A DNA stretch of 64,000 nucleotides from an uncultured bacterium (GCA_963822585.1 CAWGIE010000035.1:64001-128000), one strand, 5' to 3'; positions 11,142 to 23,000 are shown, counted from the stretch's first letter. The notes: generated from the sequence alone by a model not told the origin. Translations and numbers: made by a program.

Positions 11142-12052
11142 GTGAATCGTTTCGATGTAGTAGGAATCGGTCGTAACTGCATTGATTACCTCGCGCTGGT
11201 TCCTTCCCTTCCGCCCCCCGACAGCAAGGTCCCGGTGAAGGAATACCGGGTGGTCGGCGGCGGCCAGGCCACTACCGCGCTGGCCGCTCTCTCCCGGTTG
11301 GGGCTGAAGACCGCTTACGTGGGCGTGGTGGGGGATGACGCCGGCGGCCGGATGGTCCTGGAGGGGTTGCGGGAGATGGGGGTGAACGTCTCCAACGTGG
11401 TGGTGGAGGAGGGGGGAACCACACCGGTTGCCCTGATCTTTGTCGACGAGGAGGCCCACACCCGGACCATCGCCTACCAGCCGACCGCCCCCGGCCGCCT
11501 CTCTGTGAACGCGGTCGATAGGGACTTCATCCTCTCCGCCCGTTGCCTGATGATCGATCCCCATGAGACGCTCTTCGGCCTGGAGATCGCTAAAGACGCC
11601 CGCCTCCGCGAGATCCCGATCATCTACGACGCCGAACACATGACCGAAGGGTTTGAGGAAATGCTGGGCGCTGCCGACTACGTCGTCGGCTCCGAAGACG
11701 TGGTGAAAACCCTGGGCGCGTCCGGTCCGGAGGATGCCCTGGAAAAAATTCTCGCCGCCGGCCCCACCGCGGCCGTGATCACGCTCGGAAAGCGGGGGTC
11801 GGTCGCCCTGACGCCGGAAGGGTACGTCCGGCGCCCGGCCTTTCCGGTCACGGTGGTCGATACCACCGCCGCCGGCGACGCCTTCCACGCCGGTTTCGCC
11901 TATTCGGTTCTCCAGGGATGGGGGATGGAGAATACCCTGGAGTTCTCCAACACCCTGGGCGCCCTGGTCTGCCGGGGGCTGGGGGGCGGGAAACCCTCCC
12001 CGACTTGGCCGAGGTCACCGGGTTTTTAAGAAAAGAAGCAGGCTGGGATTAA
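11142..12052 (+). CDS. PfkB family carbohydrate kinase (YihV/ribokinase-like)
   Basis: GGGQATTALAALSRLG, VGVVGDD, ITLGKRGS, VVDTTAAGDAFHAG. A probable G-run frameshift near 11985; corrected tail GGRETLPDLAEV...* ends at 12052. Confidence 0.85.
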
Positions 12053-12092
12053 AGCATGTATACATCCCCGTTTCACCGCAGGGTGATTGGGG

Positions 12093-12903
12093 TCAGAGCT
12101 TGTTTATTGCGGTAACTCGGCCCAGCAGGCGGTCCAGTTCCCGCAGGCAGCGTTTCATCCCCTTTTGCTTCGTCGGCTCTTCCAGGAACGGCTTGATCAG
12201 GGCGCTCCCCACGATCGCCCCGTCGGCGGCCTTCCAGACCTCGAGCAGGTGCTTCCGGGTCGAGATGCCGAAGCCGACGGCAATCGGCAGGCCGGTCAGT
12301 CTCTTGATTTCGGCGCACCTTTTCCCCCAACTCCCGCGAAAGTGATTCCTGCGCGCCGGTGACGCCGGTCCGGGAGACGTAATAGATAAAGCCGCCGCTC
12401 TTTTCGGCGACCAGCTTCATCCTCTCCGGGCCGCTGGTCGGGGCGAGGAGGAAGATGGTATGGACGCCGCGGGCCCGCAGGGGGAGCCGGATCGGATCGG
12501 AGGCTTCCGGGGGGAGGTCGGGGATGATGACGCCGTCCACGCCCGCCCGCGACAGCTCCCGGGCCAGCCGGCCCGGTGACCGGCTGAGGAAGGGATTGAG
12601 GTATCCCATCATAACCAGGGGTATTCCGGATACCTGCCGTATCTCGGCCGCCAGGCAAAGAGCATCCGCGAAGGTCGTCCCCCCCTCCAGCGCCGCCTGG
12701 GAGGAGGCCTGGATAGTGGGACCATCGGCGATGGGATCGGAGAAGGGGATGCCCAGCTCAACGATGTCGACCCCCCGCTTCTCCATCTCCCGCACCAGCT
12801 TGAGATTGGTCTCCAGGTCCGGAAACCCGACCGTGAGGTAGGCGATGAAAGCCTTGCGCTTTTGTTTCCTTAATTTAGCGAATGTCGAATCGATGCGGTT
12901 CAT
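12093..12903 (-). CDS. trpA: Tryptophan synthase alpha chain (one frameshift near 12310)
   Basis: ELGIPFSDPIADGPTIQ, GFIYYVSRTGVTG; the shifted frame restores LPIAVGFGIS...ADGAIVGSALIK and stops at 12093. Confidence 0.93.
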
Positions 12904-12918
12904 GATGGCATAAAAGAA

Positions 12919-13124
12919 GTAGGATCGCCCTTCCGATAAAACCGGAAGGGCTTGCAGTATCGGCTAACGCCTTGTAGGAAATGTAGGATCGCCGTGCCTG
13001 CGGCACGGCTTGCTTCGGCCGGATGGCTCATTTGCAAGCGAAGCGGTCCTACAACTCCTACAAAGAATGCCGAAGGCATTCTGATCCTACAAGTCCTGAA
13101 GCGAAGCGAAAGGACGATCCTACA
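12919..13124. repeat. Cluster of GTAG-type REP-like palindromes between trpB and trpA
   Basis: Several GTAGGA(TCG) units followed by inverse (GA)TCCTAC units, with nested hairpins such as GCCGTGCCTGCGGCACGGC and GAATGCCGAAGGCATTC. Confidence 0.6.
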
Positions 13125-14307
13125 TTTTTTCATCCCATTTTCTCAGTATGTCCAGGTCCTTATCCCCACGGCCGGATAAACAGACGATGATGGTTTTCTT
13201 TTTCCCCAGACGCCGGGCAAGAGTTATCGCGTAGGCGACGGCGTGAGCGGACTCCAGGGCGGGGATGATCCCTTCCCGGCGGCTGAGCAGGACGGTGGCC
13301 CGGACCGCCTGCCGGTCGGTGACCGAAACATATTCGGCCCGGCCGGACTCCTTGAAATAGCTGTGTTCCGGCCCCACACCGGGATAGTCGAGCCCGGCCG
13401 AGATTGAATGCGCCTCCCGGATTTGGCCTTCCCGGTCCTGGAGGAGGTAGCTGTAGCTGCCGTGGAGCACCCCCGGTCTGCCTTTACCCAGGGAGGCGGC
13501 GTGTTTTCCCGTCGCGAGGCCGTATCCCCCCGCCTCGACGCCGATCATCCGGACCGGTTCGTTCCGGAAGGGATAAAATAATCCCAGCGAGTTACTCCCG
13601 CCGCCCACGCAGGCGACCAGGCAATCGGGGAGGCTGCCGCTTATTTGTTTAAATTGGCGTTTCGCCTCCCGGCCGATGACCGCCTGGAAATCCCGGACCA
13701 TGGCCGGGTAGGGGCGCGGCCCGACGGTCGAGCCCAGCAGGTAGTAGGTGTCCCGGACGTTGGTGACCCAGTCCCGCAGCGCCTCGTTGCAGGCGTCCTT
13801 TAGCGTCCGGCTGCCGGTCAAAACCGGGATGACCCGGGCCCCCAGTAGCTCCATCCGGAAGACATTGAGGGCCTGCCGCTTGACGTCCTCGCTCCCCATG
13901 TAGACCTCGCAGGACAGTCCGAGCAGGGCGCAGACGGTGGCGGTGGCGACGCCGTGCTGTCCGGCCCCGGTCTCGGCGATGACCCGTTTCTTCCCCATCT
14001 TCCCGGCCAGGAGCGCCTGCCCCAGGCAGTTATTGATCTTGTGAGCGCCGGTGTGGCAGAGATCTTCCCGCTTGAGAAATATCCGGGCGCCCCCGGCATA
14101 AGCAGTAAGGCGATCGGCAAAATAGAGCGGCGTCGGGCGCCCCGCGTAATCGGCCAGCAGGCTCTTGAGCCGGGCCCGGAAAGAGCTGTCCCGGCTGTAG
14201 CGGCGGTAGGCATCCTCCAGTTCCCGGAGGGGAGCCATCAGCGTCTCGGGGACGTACTGGCCGCCGAATTGTCCGAAGCCGTGATCAGAATTTGTTTTAT
14301 GTTTCAT
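13120..14307 (-). CDS. trpB: Tryptophan synthase beta chain
   Basis: [64 protein letters not shown]. Confidence 0.98.
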   Translation of the reverse strand: MKHKTNSDHGFGQFGGQYVPETLMAPLRELEDAYRRYSRDSSFRARLKSLLADYAGRPTPLYFADRLTAYAGGARIFLKREDLCHTGAHKINNCLGQALLAGKMGKKRVIAETGAGQHGVATATVCALLGLSCEVYMGSEDVKRQALNVFRMELLGARVIPVLTGSRTLKDACNEALRDWVTNVRDTYYLLGSTVGPRPYPAMVRDFQAVIGREAKRQFKQISGSLPDCLVACVGGGSNSLGLFYPFRNEPVRMIGVEAGGYGLATGKHAASLGKGRPGVLHGSYSYLLQDREGQIREAHSISAGLDYPGVGPEHSYFKESGRAEYVSVTDRQAVRATVLLSRREGIIPALESAHAVAYAITLARRLGKKKTIIVCLSGRGDKDLDILRKWDEKM

Positions 14308-14479
14308 GTTCCCTGAGATTCAGTAAGGTTGTAATTTTTTACCACGAAGGACACGAAGAACACGAAGAAAAAGTGAATGGAGAAAAAGGACTGCAAGAAT
14401 GGCTTGAGCATGAGTCTTCTGTCTCTTCAGTCTCTTATGTCTCTACTCTGCCAAATCTTTTTCTTCAACCACTTTATCA

Positions 14480-15100
14480 TTAGCTTCGGGCCTCTCGTAC
14501 GAATGCCCGTATCTTATCATGGTCTTTTATCCCCGGGGCGCACTCGACGCCGGAAGAGACGTCCACCCCCCAGGGCCGCACCTCATCTATCGCCGTGCGA
14601 ACGTTCTCCGGAGTCAACCCCCCGGCCAGCATGATCGGGAGTCCAGATTCGGTTAGCCGGGAAGCCACGCTCCAGTCACAGGTTCTTCCGGTCCCTCCGG
14701 CTGCATCTTTGGTGAAGGTGTCAAGCAGGAAAGCATCCGGCCGATAACCGCCCGGCAGTTCCGTGAAACTGTTCCCTCCGATTCTGACAACTTTGAAGTA
14801 AGGGCGCCCGAACTGCTCACAATATTCCGGCGGTTCGCTGCCGTGGAACTGGAGAATATCGAGGTGACAGATTTCGAGCGTCTTCAGAACCATATCGGGG
14901 TTCTCGTGCATGAAGACGCCCACCCGCCGGATCTCTTCCGGTACAAGTTCGGCAAGAGTCCTGGCCTGCCCCATGTTTAAAAAACGCGGCGTCTTGGGGA
15001 CGAAGATGAATCCGGCAAAGTCGACCGGCACCTGCTGGAGAAAGAGCACATCCTCCGGTCGGGTCAGACCACAGATTTTTATTTTTATTCTATCCGTCAA
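14480..15100 (-). CDS. trpF: Phosphoribosylanthranilate isomerase
   Basis: IKICGLT, LQFHGSE, GGTGRTCDW, LAGGLTPENV, GVDVSSGVE. Confidence 0.96.
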   Translation of the reverse strand: MTDRIKIKICGLTRPEDVLFLQQVPVDFAGFIFVPKTPRFLNMGQARTLAELVPEEIRRVGVFMHENPDMVLKTLEICHLDILQFHGSEPPEYCEQFGRPYFKVVRIGGNSFTELPGGYRPDAFLLDTFTKDAAGGTGRTCDWSVASRLTESGLPIMLAGGLTPENVRTAIDEVRPWGVDVSSGVECAPGIKDHDKIRAFVREARS

Positions 15101-15876
15101 ATATTTATAAGCTCCTTGATAGTTGCTTTAACATTACCACTCCTGACCAGGGTCTCCCCGACTAGGATCGCGTCCGCGCCGGCGGCCACCAGGCGGCGGA
15201 CGTCGTCGGCGGTCCGGATACCGCTCTCCGCCACCTTGAGCCGATCCTCCGGTATCAGGGACAACAGGCGCAAAGACGTCTCCAGGTCTACCTCCAGGGT
15301 CTTCAGGTCCCGGTTGTTGATGCCGATGATCCCGACCGGGGTACCGATCGCCTTCTCCAGTTCCTCCCCGCTGTGGCATTCAAGCAGGCAGGGAAGGCCG
15401 ATTCCGGCCGCCGTTCCCAGGAATCTTTCCAGCTCTTCTCCGTCCAGCATCTCCGCGATCAGTAAGACCGCGTCGGCCCCGGCGGACCGGGATTCATAGA
15501 TCTGATACTCATCGATGATAAAATCCTTCCGCAGAACGGGGAGAGTCACCGCTTTTTTGACTGCCCGCAGATCGTCGAGAGAGCCGCCGAAATAACCGGA
15601 CTCGGTAAGCACCGAGATCGCCGCCGCCCCGCCGTCCTGGTAAAGGAGAGCCAGAGCGACCGGGTCGAGATCATCGGCGATCGTCCCGGCGGAGGGGGAC
15701 GCTCTTTTGACCTCCGCGATCAGGGAAAATCCCGGTTTACCCAGCGCCCCCCGGAAATCCCGCGGGGGAGGGAGATCCCGGATGCGGGCGCGGAGTTCTT
15801 CCGGAGGCAGCTCTCTTTTCCGCTCGGCGACTTCGGCTTCCTTCAAACCCCGGATTGTCGTTAAAAAATCACTCAT
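15097..15876 (-). CDS. trpC: Indole-3-glycerol phosphate synthase
   Basis: LIAEVKRASPSAG, ISVLTE, VLRKDFII, IGINNRDL, AESGI. Confidence 0.97.
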   Translation of the reverse strand: MSDFLTTIRGLKEAEVAERKRELPPEELRARIRDLPPPRDFRGALGKPGFSLIAEVKRASPSAGTIADDLDPVALALLYQDGGAAAISVLTESGYFGGSLDDLRAVKKAVTLPVLRKDFIIDEYQIYESRSAGADAVLLIAEMLDGEELERFLGTAAGIGLPCLLECHSGEELEKAIGTPVGIIGINNRDLKTLEVDLETSLRLLSLIPEDRLKVAESGIRTADDVRRLVAAGADAILVGETLVRSGNVKATIKELINI

Positions 15877-15912
15877 CTCTTCTGGTTTATGTGAGTCAAT
15901 CGACTAATTACA

Positions 15913-16127
15913 ACCACGAAGGACACGAAGGTCACGAAGGGGATCTGTATGGAAGACAGCACGATCTATCATATTATACGTCTATAATAATGCCTATGTT
16001 TTGAGCTTACCGGACCACTATAAAGATATTGCGTAAAACTTGAATTATTAAAGAATGAAATCTCGATATGTCCAACGGATTGATTTCTCTTCTCTTTTCT
16101 CTTCGTGTTCTTCGTGTCCTTCGTGGT
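15913..16127. repeat. Inverted 9-bp tandem array with an AT-rich spacer of about 160 bp, between trpGD and trpC
   Basis: ACCACGAAGGACACGAAGGTCACGAAG ... CTTCGTGTTCTTCGTGTCCTTCGTGGT. Confidence 0.8.
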
Positions 16128-16144
16128 GAATAATAAAGTGTTCG

Positions 16145-17737
16145 TTATTTCTTCACGGTGATCTCTTTCAATCTCTCCAGCTTTTTCATCGCCTGCCCGG
16201 AATCAATCGACGTTCGGGCTTTTTCAATTCCCGCGCTCAGGTCGTCGGCTCCCCCTCCCAGCATGATCACCGCCCCGGCATTGAGAACGGCGACATCCGC
16301 CCGGGGGCCGTGCTTTCCCTCCAGGATAGCGAGAATGATCCGGGCGTTTTCGGCCGGCTCCCCTCCCTTCAACTCGTCCGGCCGGCAAAGTGCCAGGCCG
16401 ACTTGTTCTGGACTGAACTGAAAAGTCCGCACCTCGCCGTCCTTCAATTCGGAAACCACCGTGCCCGTGGTCAGGGTGATCTCGTCCAGGCCGTCCCCGC
16501 CGTGCACCACCCAGGCCCGTTCGCTCCCCAGATCCGCCAGGACCCGGGCCAGGGTCTCGGTCAGGGCTTCGCTGTAAACGCCGAGGAGCTGGACGGTAGC
16601 CCCGGCCGGGTTGGAGAGGGGTCCCAGGATGTTGAAGATGGTGCGGATCCCGATCTCCCGGCGGGGGCCGATGGCGTGTTTCATGGCCGCGTGAAGGAGG
16701 GGCGCGAAGAGAAAAGCGATCCCGATCTCCTCCAGGCATTTCTCCAGCACCTCCGGGGAGGCCATGAGGTTGACCCCCAGCTCGCGGAGAACGTCGGCGC
16801 TCCCGCAGCGGCTGGAGACCGAGCGGTTGCCGTGCTTGGCCACCGTGATCCCGGCCCCGGCCGCGATCAGTGCCGCGGCCGTGGAGATGTTGAAGGTATT
16901 GCTTTTGTCTCCCCCCGTTCCGCAGGTGTCGACCACCGTCCTGGCGGCCGGGGTCCTGATCGTCCGGGCCTTTTTCCGCATGATCCGGGCGCAGCCGCTG
17001 ATCTCCGGCACCGTCTCTCCTTTCAGACGCAGTCCGGTGATAAAAGCCGATATTTGGGCCGGCGTCGCCTCCCCGCTCATGATGGTATCCATCACCCCGG
17101 CCGCTTCCTCCCGGGAAAGATCGACGCCGCTGATCACCTTGTCGAGGGCATCCTTGATCTGGATCTGCTCGGTCTTGCCGGCGATGAAATTATGGAGGAG
17201 CCGTTTACCGTAACGGGTGAGGATCGATTCCGGATGGAACTGCACCCCCTCGACGGGAAATTTCCGGTGCCTGATCGCCATGATCTCTCCATCCGGCCCG
17301 CGGGCGCTGATCTCGAGTTCCGCGGGAAGGGTCTCCTCGTCGACGATCAGGGAGTGATAGCGGGTGGCCTCGAAGGGATTCTCCAACCCGGAGAAGATGG
17401 TCTTCCCGTCATGGGAGACCGGGGAGGTTTTTCCGTGCATGAGCCGGTCGGCCCTCCTGATCGTTCCTCCGAAGGCGTAGGCGATGGCCTGATGCCCCAG
17501 GCAGACCCCGAGAATGGGGATCTTCCCCGCGTAATGGGTGATGATCTCCACGGAAAGGCCGGCCTCTTCGGGGCGTCCCGGTCCGGGGGAGATCACGATC
17601 GCCGCCGGCTTAATCTCCTCTACCTCATCGAGGGTCAGCTGATCGTTCCGCCGGACCGTGACCTCTTCCCCCAGTTCTTCCAGATACTGCTTCAGGTTGT
17701 AGGTAAATGAGTCGTAGTTGTCGATCAGCAGGATCAT
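16145..17737 (-). CDS. trpGD: Bifunctional anthranilate synthase component II / anthranilate phosphoribosyltransferase (TrpG-TrpD fusion)
   Basis: [28 protein letters not shown] and GVQFHPES, followed in frame by [17 protein letters not shown] and GLDEIT. ATGA overlap with the trpE stop. Confidence 0.95.
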   Translation of the reverse strand: MILLIDNYDSFTYNLKQYLEELGEEVTVRRNDQLTLDEVEEIKPAAIVISPGPGRPEEAGLSVEIITHYAGKIPILGVCLGHQAIAYAFGGTIRRADRLMHGKTSPVSHDGKTIFSGLENPFEATRYHSLIVDEETLPAELEISARGPDGEIMAIRHRKFPVEGVQFHPESILTRYGKRLLHNFIAGKTEQIQIKDALDKVISGVDLSREEAAGVMDTIMSGEATPAQISAFITGLRLKGETVPEISGCARIMRKKARTIRTPAARTVVDTCGTGGDKSNTFNISTAAALIAAGAGITVAKHGNRSVSSRCGSADVLRELGVNLMASPEVLEKCLEEIGIAFLFAPLLHAAMKHAIGPRREIGIRTIFNILGPLSNPAGATVQLLGVYSEALTETLARVLADLGSERAWVVHGGDGLDEITLTTGTVVSELKDGEVRTFQFSPEQVGLALCRPDELKGGEPAENARIILAILEGKHGPRADVAVLNAGAVIMLGGGADDLSAGIEKARTSIDSGQAMKKLERLKEITVKK

Positions 17738-19209
17738 GATAGTCCTCCTTCGGCCATCTGCACGGCCCGGAAGAGCGCCTGGGCCTTGTTCAGACATTCC
17801 CGGTGTTCGTTCTCCGGGACGGAGTCGGCCACGATCCCGGCGCCGGCCTGAATAAAGGCGGTTTTGTCCTTGACGACAATCGTCCGGATGGTGATGCAGG
17901 AGTCGAGGTTGCCGTCAAAGCTGAAGTAGCCGACCGCCCCCGCATAGGGCCCGCGCCGGACAGGTTCCAGTTCCTCGATGATCTCCATCGCCCGGATTTT
18001 GGGGGCGCCGCTGACGGTCCCGGCCGGGAAGGTGGCGGCGAAGGCGCTGTAGGCGTCCTGGGAGGGGTCGAGTTTCCCCCGGACGTCGGAGACGATATGC
18101 ATGACGTGGGAGTATCGTTCGATGGACATCATATCGGCGACCCGGACCGACCCGGGGAGAGAGACCCGCCCCACGTCATTGCGGCCGAGATCGACGAGCA
18201 TGATATGCTCGGCCCTCTCTTTGGGATCGGCCAGCAGTTCCTCTTCCAGCCGCCCATCTTCCAGGACGGAGAGTCCCCGGGGCCGCGTCCCGGCGATGGG
18301 TCGGACCCGGACCTCGTCTCCGACGACCTGGACCATGATCTCCGGGGACGACCCGACCAGGTAGAGGTCGTCAAACCGGAGAAAGAACATGTAGGGAGAG
18401 GGGTTGATGGTTCGCAGCGCCCGGTAGATATCCAGGGGCGGGCAGGTGACCTCGGTCCGGAAGCGTTGGGAAAGAACCACCTGGAGGATATCCCCGGCCC
18501 GGATGTATTCCTGGGCGGCCCGGACGGCTTTTTCGAAATCCCGCTGTTTCATGTTGGAGGCAAGGTCTCCCCGGGGCCTGATCGGGGGGGGCTGAAAATA
18601 GGTACCGGGGGAGGCCCCCAGTAACTGCCCGAGTATGGTCTCGATCCGGGAGACCGCCGCCGCGTAGGCCTTTTCCGGGTCCCCCCCGATGTGGGCGTTG
18701 GCGACGATCTTGAGTTTGTTCATCAGCCGGTCGAAGATGAGGATGGTATCAGTAATCATGAAATAGAGTTCGGGAAGGTTCAGTTCGTCGATGTTCTTCT
18801 CCGGGAGTTGTTCGAAGTAGCGGACGCAGTCATACCCGATATAGCCGACCGCCCCGCCGGAAAAAGGCGGAAGCGTTTCATCCGGCACCGGCCGATAATT
18901 CTTGAGCAACCCTTTCAGGAGCATCAGGGGATTTCGGGTTCGCAGTCTTTTGGTTTTACCTTTCTCACTGATCTCCGCCTCGTTGCCCCGGCTTTTAAAG
19001 ATCAGGGAGGGATTGCTTCCCAGGAAGGAGTACCGGCCGATGCCTCCCCCCGACTCCGCGCTCTCCAGTAAAAAAGAATAGGGGGAGTCTCCCATTTTCA
19101 TGAAAGCCGAGACCGGCGTTTCCAGGTCGGCGATCACCTCGGTGTAAACCGGGACCAGGTTTCCCCGCCGGGCTTTCTCCTTGAAGGTCTTTTCATCGGG
19201 ATAGTACAT
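17734..19209 (-). CDS. trpE: Anthranilate synthase component I
   Basis: [60 protein letters not shown]. Start at ATG 19209 after AAGGAG. Confidence 0.96.
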   Translation of the reverse strand: MYYPDEKTFKEKARRGNLVPVYTEVIADLETPVSAFMKMGDSPYSFLLESAESGGGIGRYSFLGSNPSLIFKSRGNEAEISEKGKTKRLRTRNPLMLLKGLLKNYRPVPDETLPPFSGGAVGYIGYDCVRYFEQLPEKNIDELNLPELYFMITDTILIFDRLMNKLKIVANAHIGGDPEKAYAAAVSRIETILGQLLGASPGTYFQPPPIRPRGDLASNMKQRDFEKAVRAAQEYIRAGDILQVVLSQRFRTEVTCPPLDIYRALRTINPSPYMFFLRFDDLYLVGSSPEIMVQVVGDEVRVRPIAGTRPRGLSVLEDGRLEEELLADPKERAEHIMLVDLGRNDVGRVSLPGSVRVADMMSIERYSHVMHIVSDVRGKLDPSQDAYSAFAATFPAGTVSGAPKIRAMEIIEELEPVRRGPYAGAVGYFSFDGNLDSCITIRTIVVKDKTAFIQAGAGIVADSVPENEHRECLNKAQALFRAVQMAEGGLS

Positions 19210-19409
19210 GGCGGACTCCTTGATAGTAAGAGAGGATAGGTACAATCATTAGTATGTCGCGCTGTGTCACTTTCGTATAAGGGGGTGATGGAATGGTGGA
19301 GTATTGGAGTGATGGCATCGGCCCGGCAAACCGGAATTGCCTGCCTGCCTGATGCAACATTCTTTTATCCCTTTCTCTCTTCTTCGTGTTCTTCGTGTCC
19401 GTTGTGGTG

Positions 19410-19455
19410 AAAAAAATAAAAATGCCGCGGATACCTTTTTGCGGGCGCCCGCGGC
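19410..19455 (-). terminator. Attenuator terminator of the trp leader
   Basis: On the minus strand GCCGCGG...CCGCGGC is followed by ATTTTTATTTTTTT, between the leader ORF and trpE. Confidence 0.65.
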
Positions 19456-19491
19456 TTATACGATAATGCCGAAATCGGAGGCGGACCCCGG

Positions 19492-19552
19492 CTATTGCCA
19501 GGGCCAGCCCCAGATAAAACGAAAGGCCGTGATTTCGGCTCGATTCTTTCAT
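19492..19552 (-). CDS. trpL: Putative trp operon leader peptide (M-K-N-R-A-E-I-T-A-F-R-F-I-W-G-W-P-W-Q after one indel in the A-run)
   Basis: TGG GGC TGG CCC TGG CAA TAG upstream of the terminator; the ATG at 19552 is out of frame by one base. Confidence 0.6.
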
Positions 19553-19561
19553 GATGGCGTT

Positions 19562-19590
19562 ACTATATATAGAAACACCAGCCCGGTCAA
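19562..19590 (-). promoter_or_regulatory. trp operon sigma70-type promoter
   Basis: TTGACC-17 nt-TATAGT on the minus strand. Confidence 0.6.
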
Positions 19591-19609
19591 GAAAAATTTT
19601 GCGATGAGG

Positions 19610-19646
19610 AAAAAAATCCGGGCCGCAAAAGCGGCCCGGATTTTTT
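19610..19646. terminator. Bidirectional intrinsic terminator downstream of tRNA-Ala
   Basis: AAAAAAATCCGGGCCGC-AAAA-GCGGCCCGGATTTTTT. Confidence 0.75.
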
Positions 19647-19647
19647 A

Positions 19648-19720
19648 TGGAGCTGAGGGGGTTCGAACCCCTGACCCCATGGCTGCCAGCCATGTGCTCT
19701 CCCAGCTGAGCTACAGCCCC
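19648..19720 (-). tRNA. tRNA-Ala(GGC)
   Basis: GGGGCTGTAGCTCAGCTGGGAGAGCA-CATGG-CTGGCAG-CCATG-GGGTCAGGGGTTCGAACCCCCTCAGCTCCA; G3:U70 pair; no encoded CCA. Confidence 0.95.
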
Positions 19721-19853
19721 TGACGATGCGATCTATTATTATTCAGAAAGGAACAGGGAGGTCAACTCCCCGTCTTAGGGATTCACGGATTTACGCGACC
19801 GCAGGGAGCGTAAAACGATGAAGCCCCTAGATCCCGCAACAAAGTTTTGCGGG

Positions 19854-19869
19854 GCTGAGCTACAGCCCC
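19854..19869 (-). repeat. Direct repeat of the first 16 nt of tRNA-Ala
   Basis: GGGGCTGTAGCTCAGC is identical to 19720-19705 and lies 149 bp upstream. Confidence 0.8.
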
Positions 19870-20045
19870 GTACAATTTATCCCGCGGGAAAATTGTAGTG
19901 TAATATATACGCGCGTCATTGCAAGTTCAATTTAAAACGGGGGCTGCGCGTTCATCTTCCGGGGACATGACCGGGGTGGCCGCGCCGGCCGCCGCGCAGT
20001 TCCTGCCGCGCTATAGCGGAAGGGATTCCGACTTCCGGCGTCCAC

Positions 20046-23000
20046 CTAAAAACTCTGCCCCACCACCGGGGTGTCGCCGGAGCTGCCGTAGCGTTGTTTG
20101 AAGTTGGGGCCGATCGGGTTGTAGATATACCACCTCCCCTCCCCGGGCCGGAAGGTGCCTAAATTGTACTGACCGTTCCCGTCGAAGTCCCCGACCACCG
20201 GGACGTCGGTCGCGTAGCCGTACCGTACTTTCCCGATGTTCCAGAGGAACCAGACCATGTGGTAGTCGCCGTAGTAGCGCCAGAGAACGGGGTCGCTCGC
20301 CCCGTCACCGTCGTAATCCATCGCCGTCACGGTGTCCCCGGCATAGCCCCAGTTAAAATAGTAGTGTCCTCCGTCCGCTTCCCGGAAGAGCCAGCGCAGC
20401 CCGGAGTCGACCGGGCGCACCAGGGCCTGGTCGCAGGTCCCGTCCCCGTCGTAGTCTCCCGGGATCGGGATGTCTTCCGGGTAGCCGTAGGGCTGCCAGG
20501 CATTGGCCGCCCCGTAAATATGCCAGTAGCACATCCCCGTCGCGGGGTAATAGCTCCAGGTCGCGTAGTCGGTCGTCCCGTCGCCGTCGTAATCCTCCGG
20601 AACCGGGACGTCCCCCCCCATCCCCCAGACCAGCCCTTCCGTGATTACCTCCCCGCTGATCGTGTCCTTCACCCGCCAGGTCGAGCTGAACCGGTTGTAG
20701 CAGGCGAGGTCCGCCGTCCCGTCCCCGTTGTAATCCCCGGGGGCGGGAATGTCCCCTTCCTGATCCCCCCAGACCACCCCTTCCGTGATCACGGAGGCGT
20801 CCTGCGCGTCCATGATCATCCAGGTCCCGTCCCGAAAGAGCGCGTAGTCGGTGTAGCCGTCTCCGTTGTAATCGTCCCACCCCACGACCAGATAGGCCGA
20901 GGTCGGCCGCGGAATGGGTGTCGGTGAAGATGAGGGCGAAGGTGTAGCGGTGGCCGACGGTGTCGGGGTGGGGGAGGAGGTCTCGCCGGGTATGATGTAG
21001 TTGATGGTTAATGACGGGCGATGGGAGGCGTCGCTGTTCTCCCGGGAAGAGTAGATCGTCCAGACATACATCTGGGTCGCGGGCGAGGTGATCACGATCC
21101 CGTTATTCTCCGCTTCCCCCGATAGCCACTGTTCCACCAGCGGGGAGAGGTCGAAGGTTACCGGTCCGGCGCTTCCCGGTGATTGCTCGTCCACCGGTCC
21201 GCCGCCGGTGTCGAAGTCGCTTCCCGCCGTGTTCCACGGGTGTAGCCCGTCCCGGGTGGTCCAGGTGGCTCCGTCTTCGTATCCGCTCCCTTCAACCCAA
21301 TCCGCGATCAGCCGGTAGACCTGATTGATCGGGTTGTTGTCGATCGAGTCGGCGTGGAGCTTCATCTCCGCCGAAAGGAAAATCCCCGACTCGGGGGGGA
21401 TAAAGGAATCGAGATCGAAGGCAATCAGCGTCCGGAAAGACGGCTGCATCCCGTTATAGACCTGGAGGATGTCGCTGGCGCCGTTGTTCGCGCCCTGTGG
21501 CCAGATATAGGTATCACGGGCGGCGGGGAATGCGAACCTCTCCACGGTGCCGGCCGGATAGACGATGAACCGGTAGAGACCGGTAACGATGTGAAAACCG
21601 TCTCCGACGGTCAGCGTGACCGTGATCTCCGCCTCGCCGGCGTAGACATGGGTCACCACCTGACCATCACCGGCCGACCCGTCGCCGAAATCCCAGTGAA
21701 ACGTCAGTGGGTCCGATTCGGGATCGGAGGTCGCGGAAGCGTCGAAGGTGACTTCAATCCTCTCTTGAATCAGCCCGGGATCATCGTCGCCCTCACCACC
21801 GGCGGTTCGTTAGCGATATTCTCAACCGTCACCGAGACCGTATCGCTGTCGGCATGGTTATTGGAGGTGTCGATCGCGCGGGCGAAGATCGGGTAGAGGC
21901 CGTTTTCCACGGTCGGTCGTATCGAGCGTGACCTGATAGGGACTCTGGTAAACGGTCTCCAGAGGGTGTCCGCCGAAATAAAATTCCACTTCCCGGATGG
22001 CGACGTTGTCCGTGGCGGAAGCCTCGATGACGGTTGTCCCCGATACCGTCTCCCCATCCCCCGGCCGGACCAGGGTGATCTCCGGCGGTGTCTCGTCGAT
22101 GATATTATCGATGGAGAAGGTGATCGCGCTGCTCTCGGTCCAGTTGCCCCGGTAATCAAAGGCCTTCGCGGTCAGGATGTAAGTACCATTCGCCGTCCGG
22201 GTCGTGTTCCAGGCGGTGGTGAAGGGATCTATGTAGTAGGCCCCGGCGATTTTCTCGCCGTTCAACTGGTAAGTGACCCGGAGTACGCCGGTGTTATCGG
22301 AGGTGTCGACTTCGAGAGGAATAACCCCCGATACGCTTACCCCATCCGCCGGCGCGAGCAGGGAGACCCGGGGCGGTTCACTGTCCGGCGGCAGTTCATC
22401 GAGGGTTTCCGCGTAATAGAGGTACACATGACCGAAAGTAACCTGATTGACCGCTTCTTTGAGGGAAGTGTATGTCGGCGCGTCCCCCCAGGTAGGATGG
22501 GTCGTTCACGGCGGTTTGGAAGAACTGCTTGCCATTCTCCAGGTAGATTCTCTCGCCCGTGATCTTATAGGCATACGCGCAGACGTCGGCCATCAGCAGC
22601 ATCCAGTTGGTTATCATGTCGGTGCCGTCGGGATCGTTGCCCCCGGCGAAGTCCCCAGGAGTAAAAGATCGAGTATTCCCCGTTATGGTCTTTGGTGGCG
22701 AAAGATAAAATCCAGTCGGTGTAGTCCACCAGGAGGCTCTCCGCGGCCTGTGCCGCTTCCGCCAGTCCGTTTTCTGTGGTGAGTTCGGCGTACCGGCCGA
22801 CGGCGGCCAGGTACATGGTAAGCTGCCAGGAGCTGACATAGCCCTCGCTCCCCGCCCGGGGGACCGTTGAACCAGGGTTGCCGATCGGGGGAGAAATGTC
22901 CGATGATCTCGCCGGCGAGCTGCAGGTATTTAACGTCCCCGGTGTCGCGGAACCCCTCTCGACCAGCGTCGAGAGGGCGTTCGCGTATTCCCGGCTTGCC

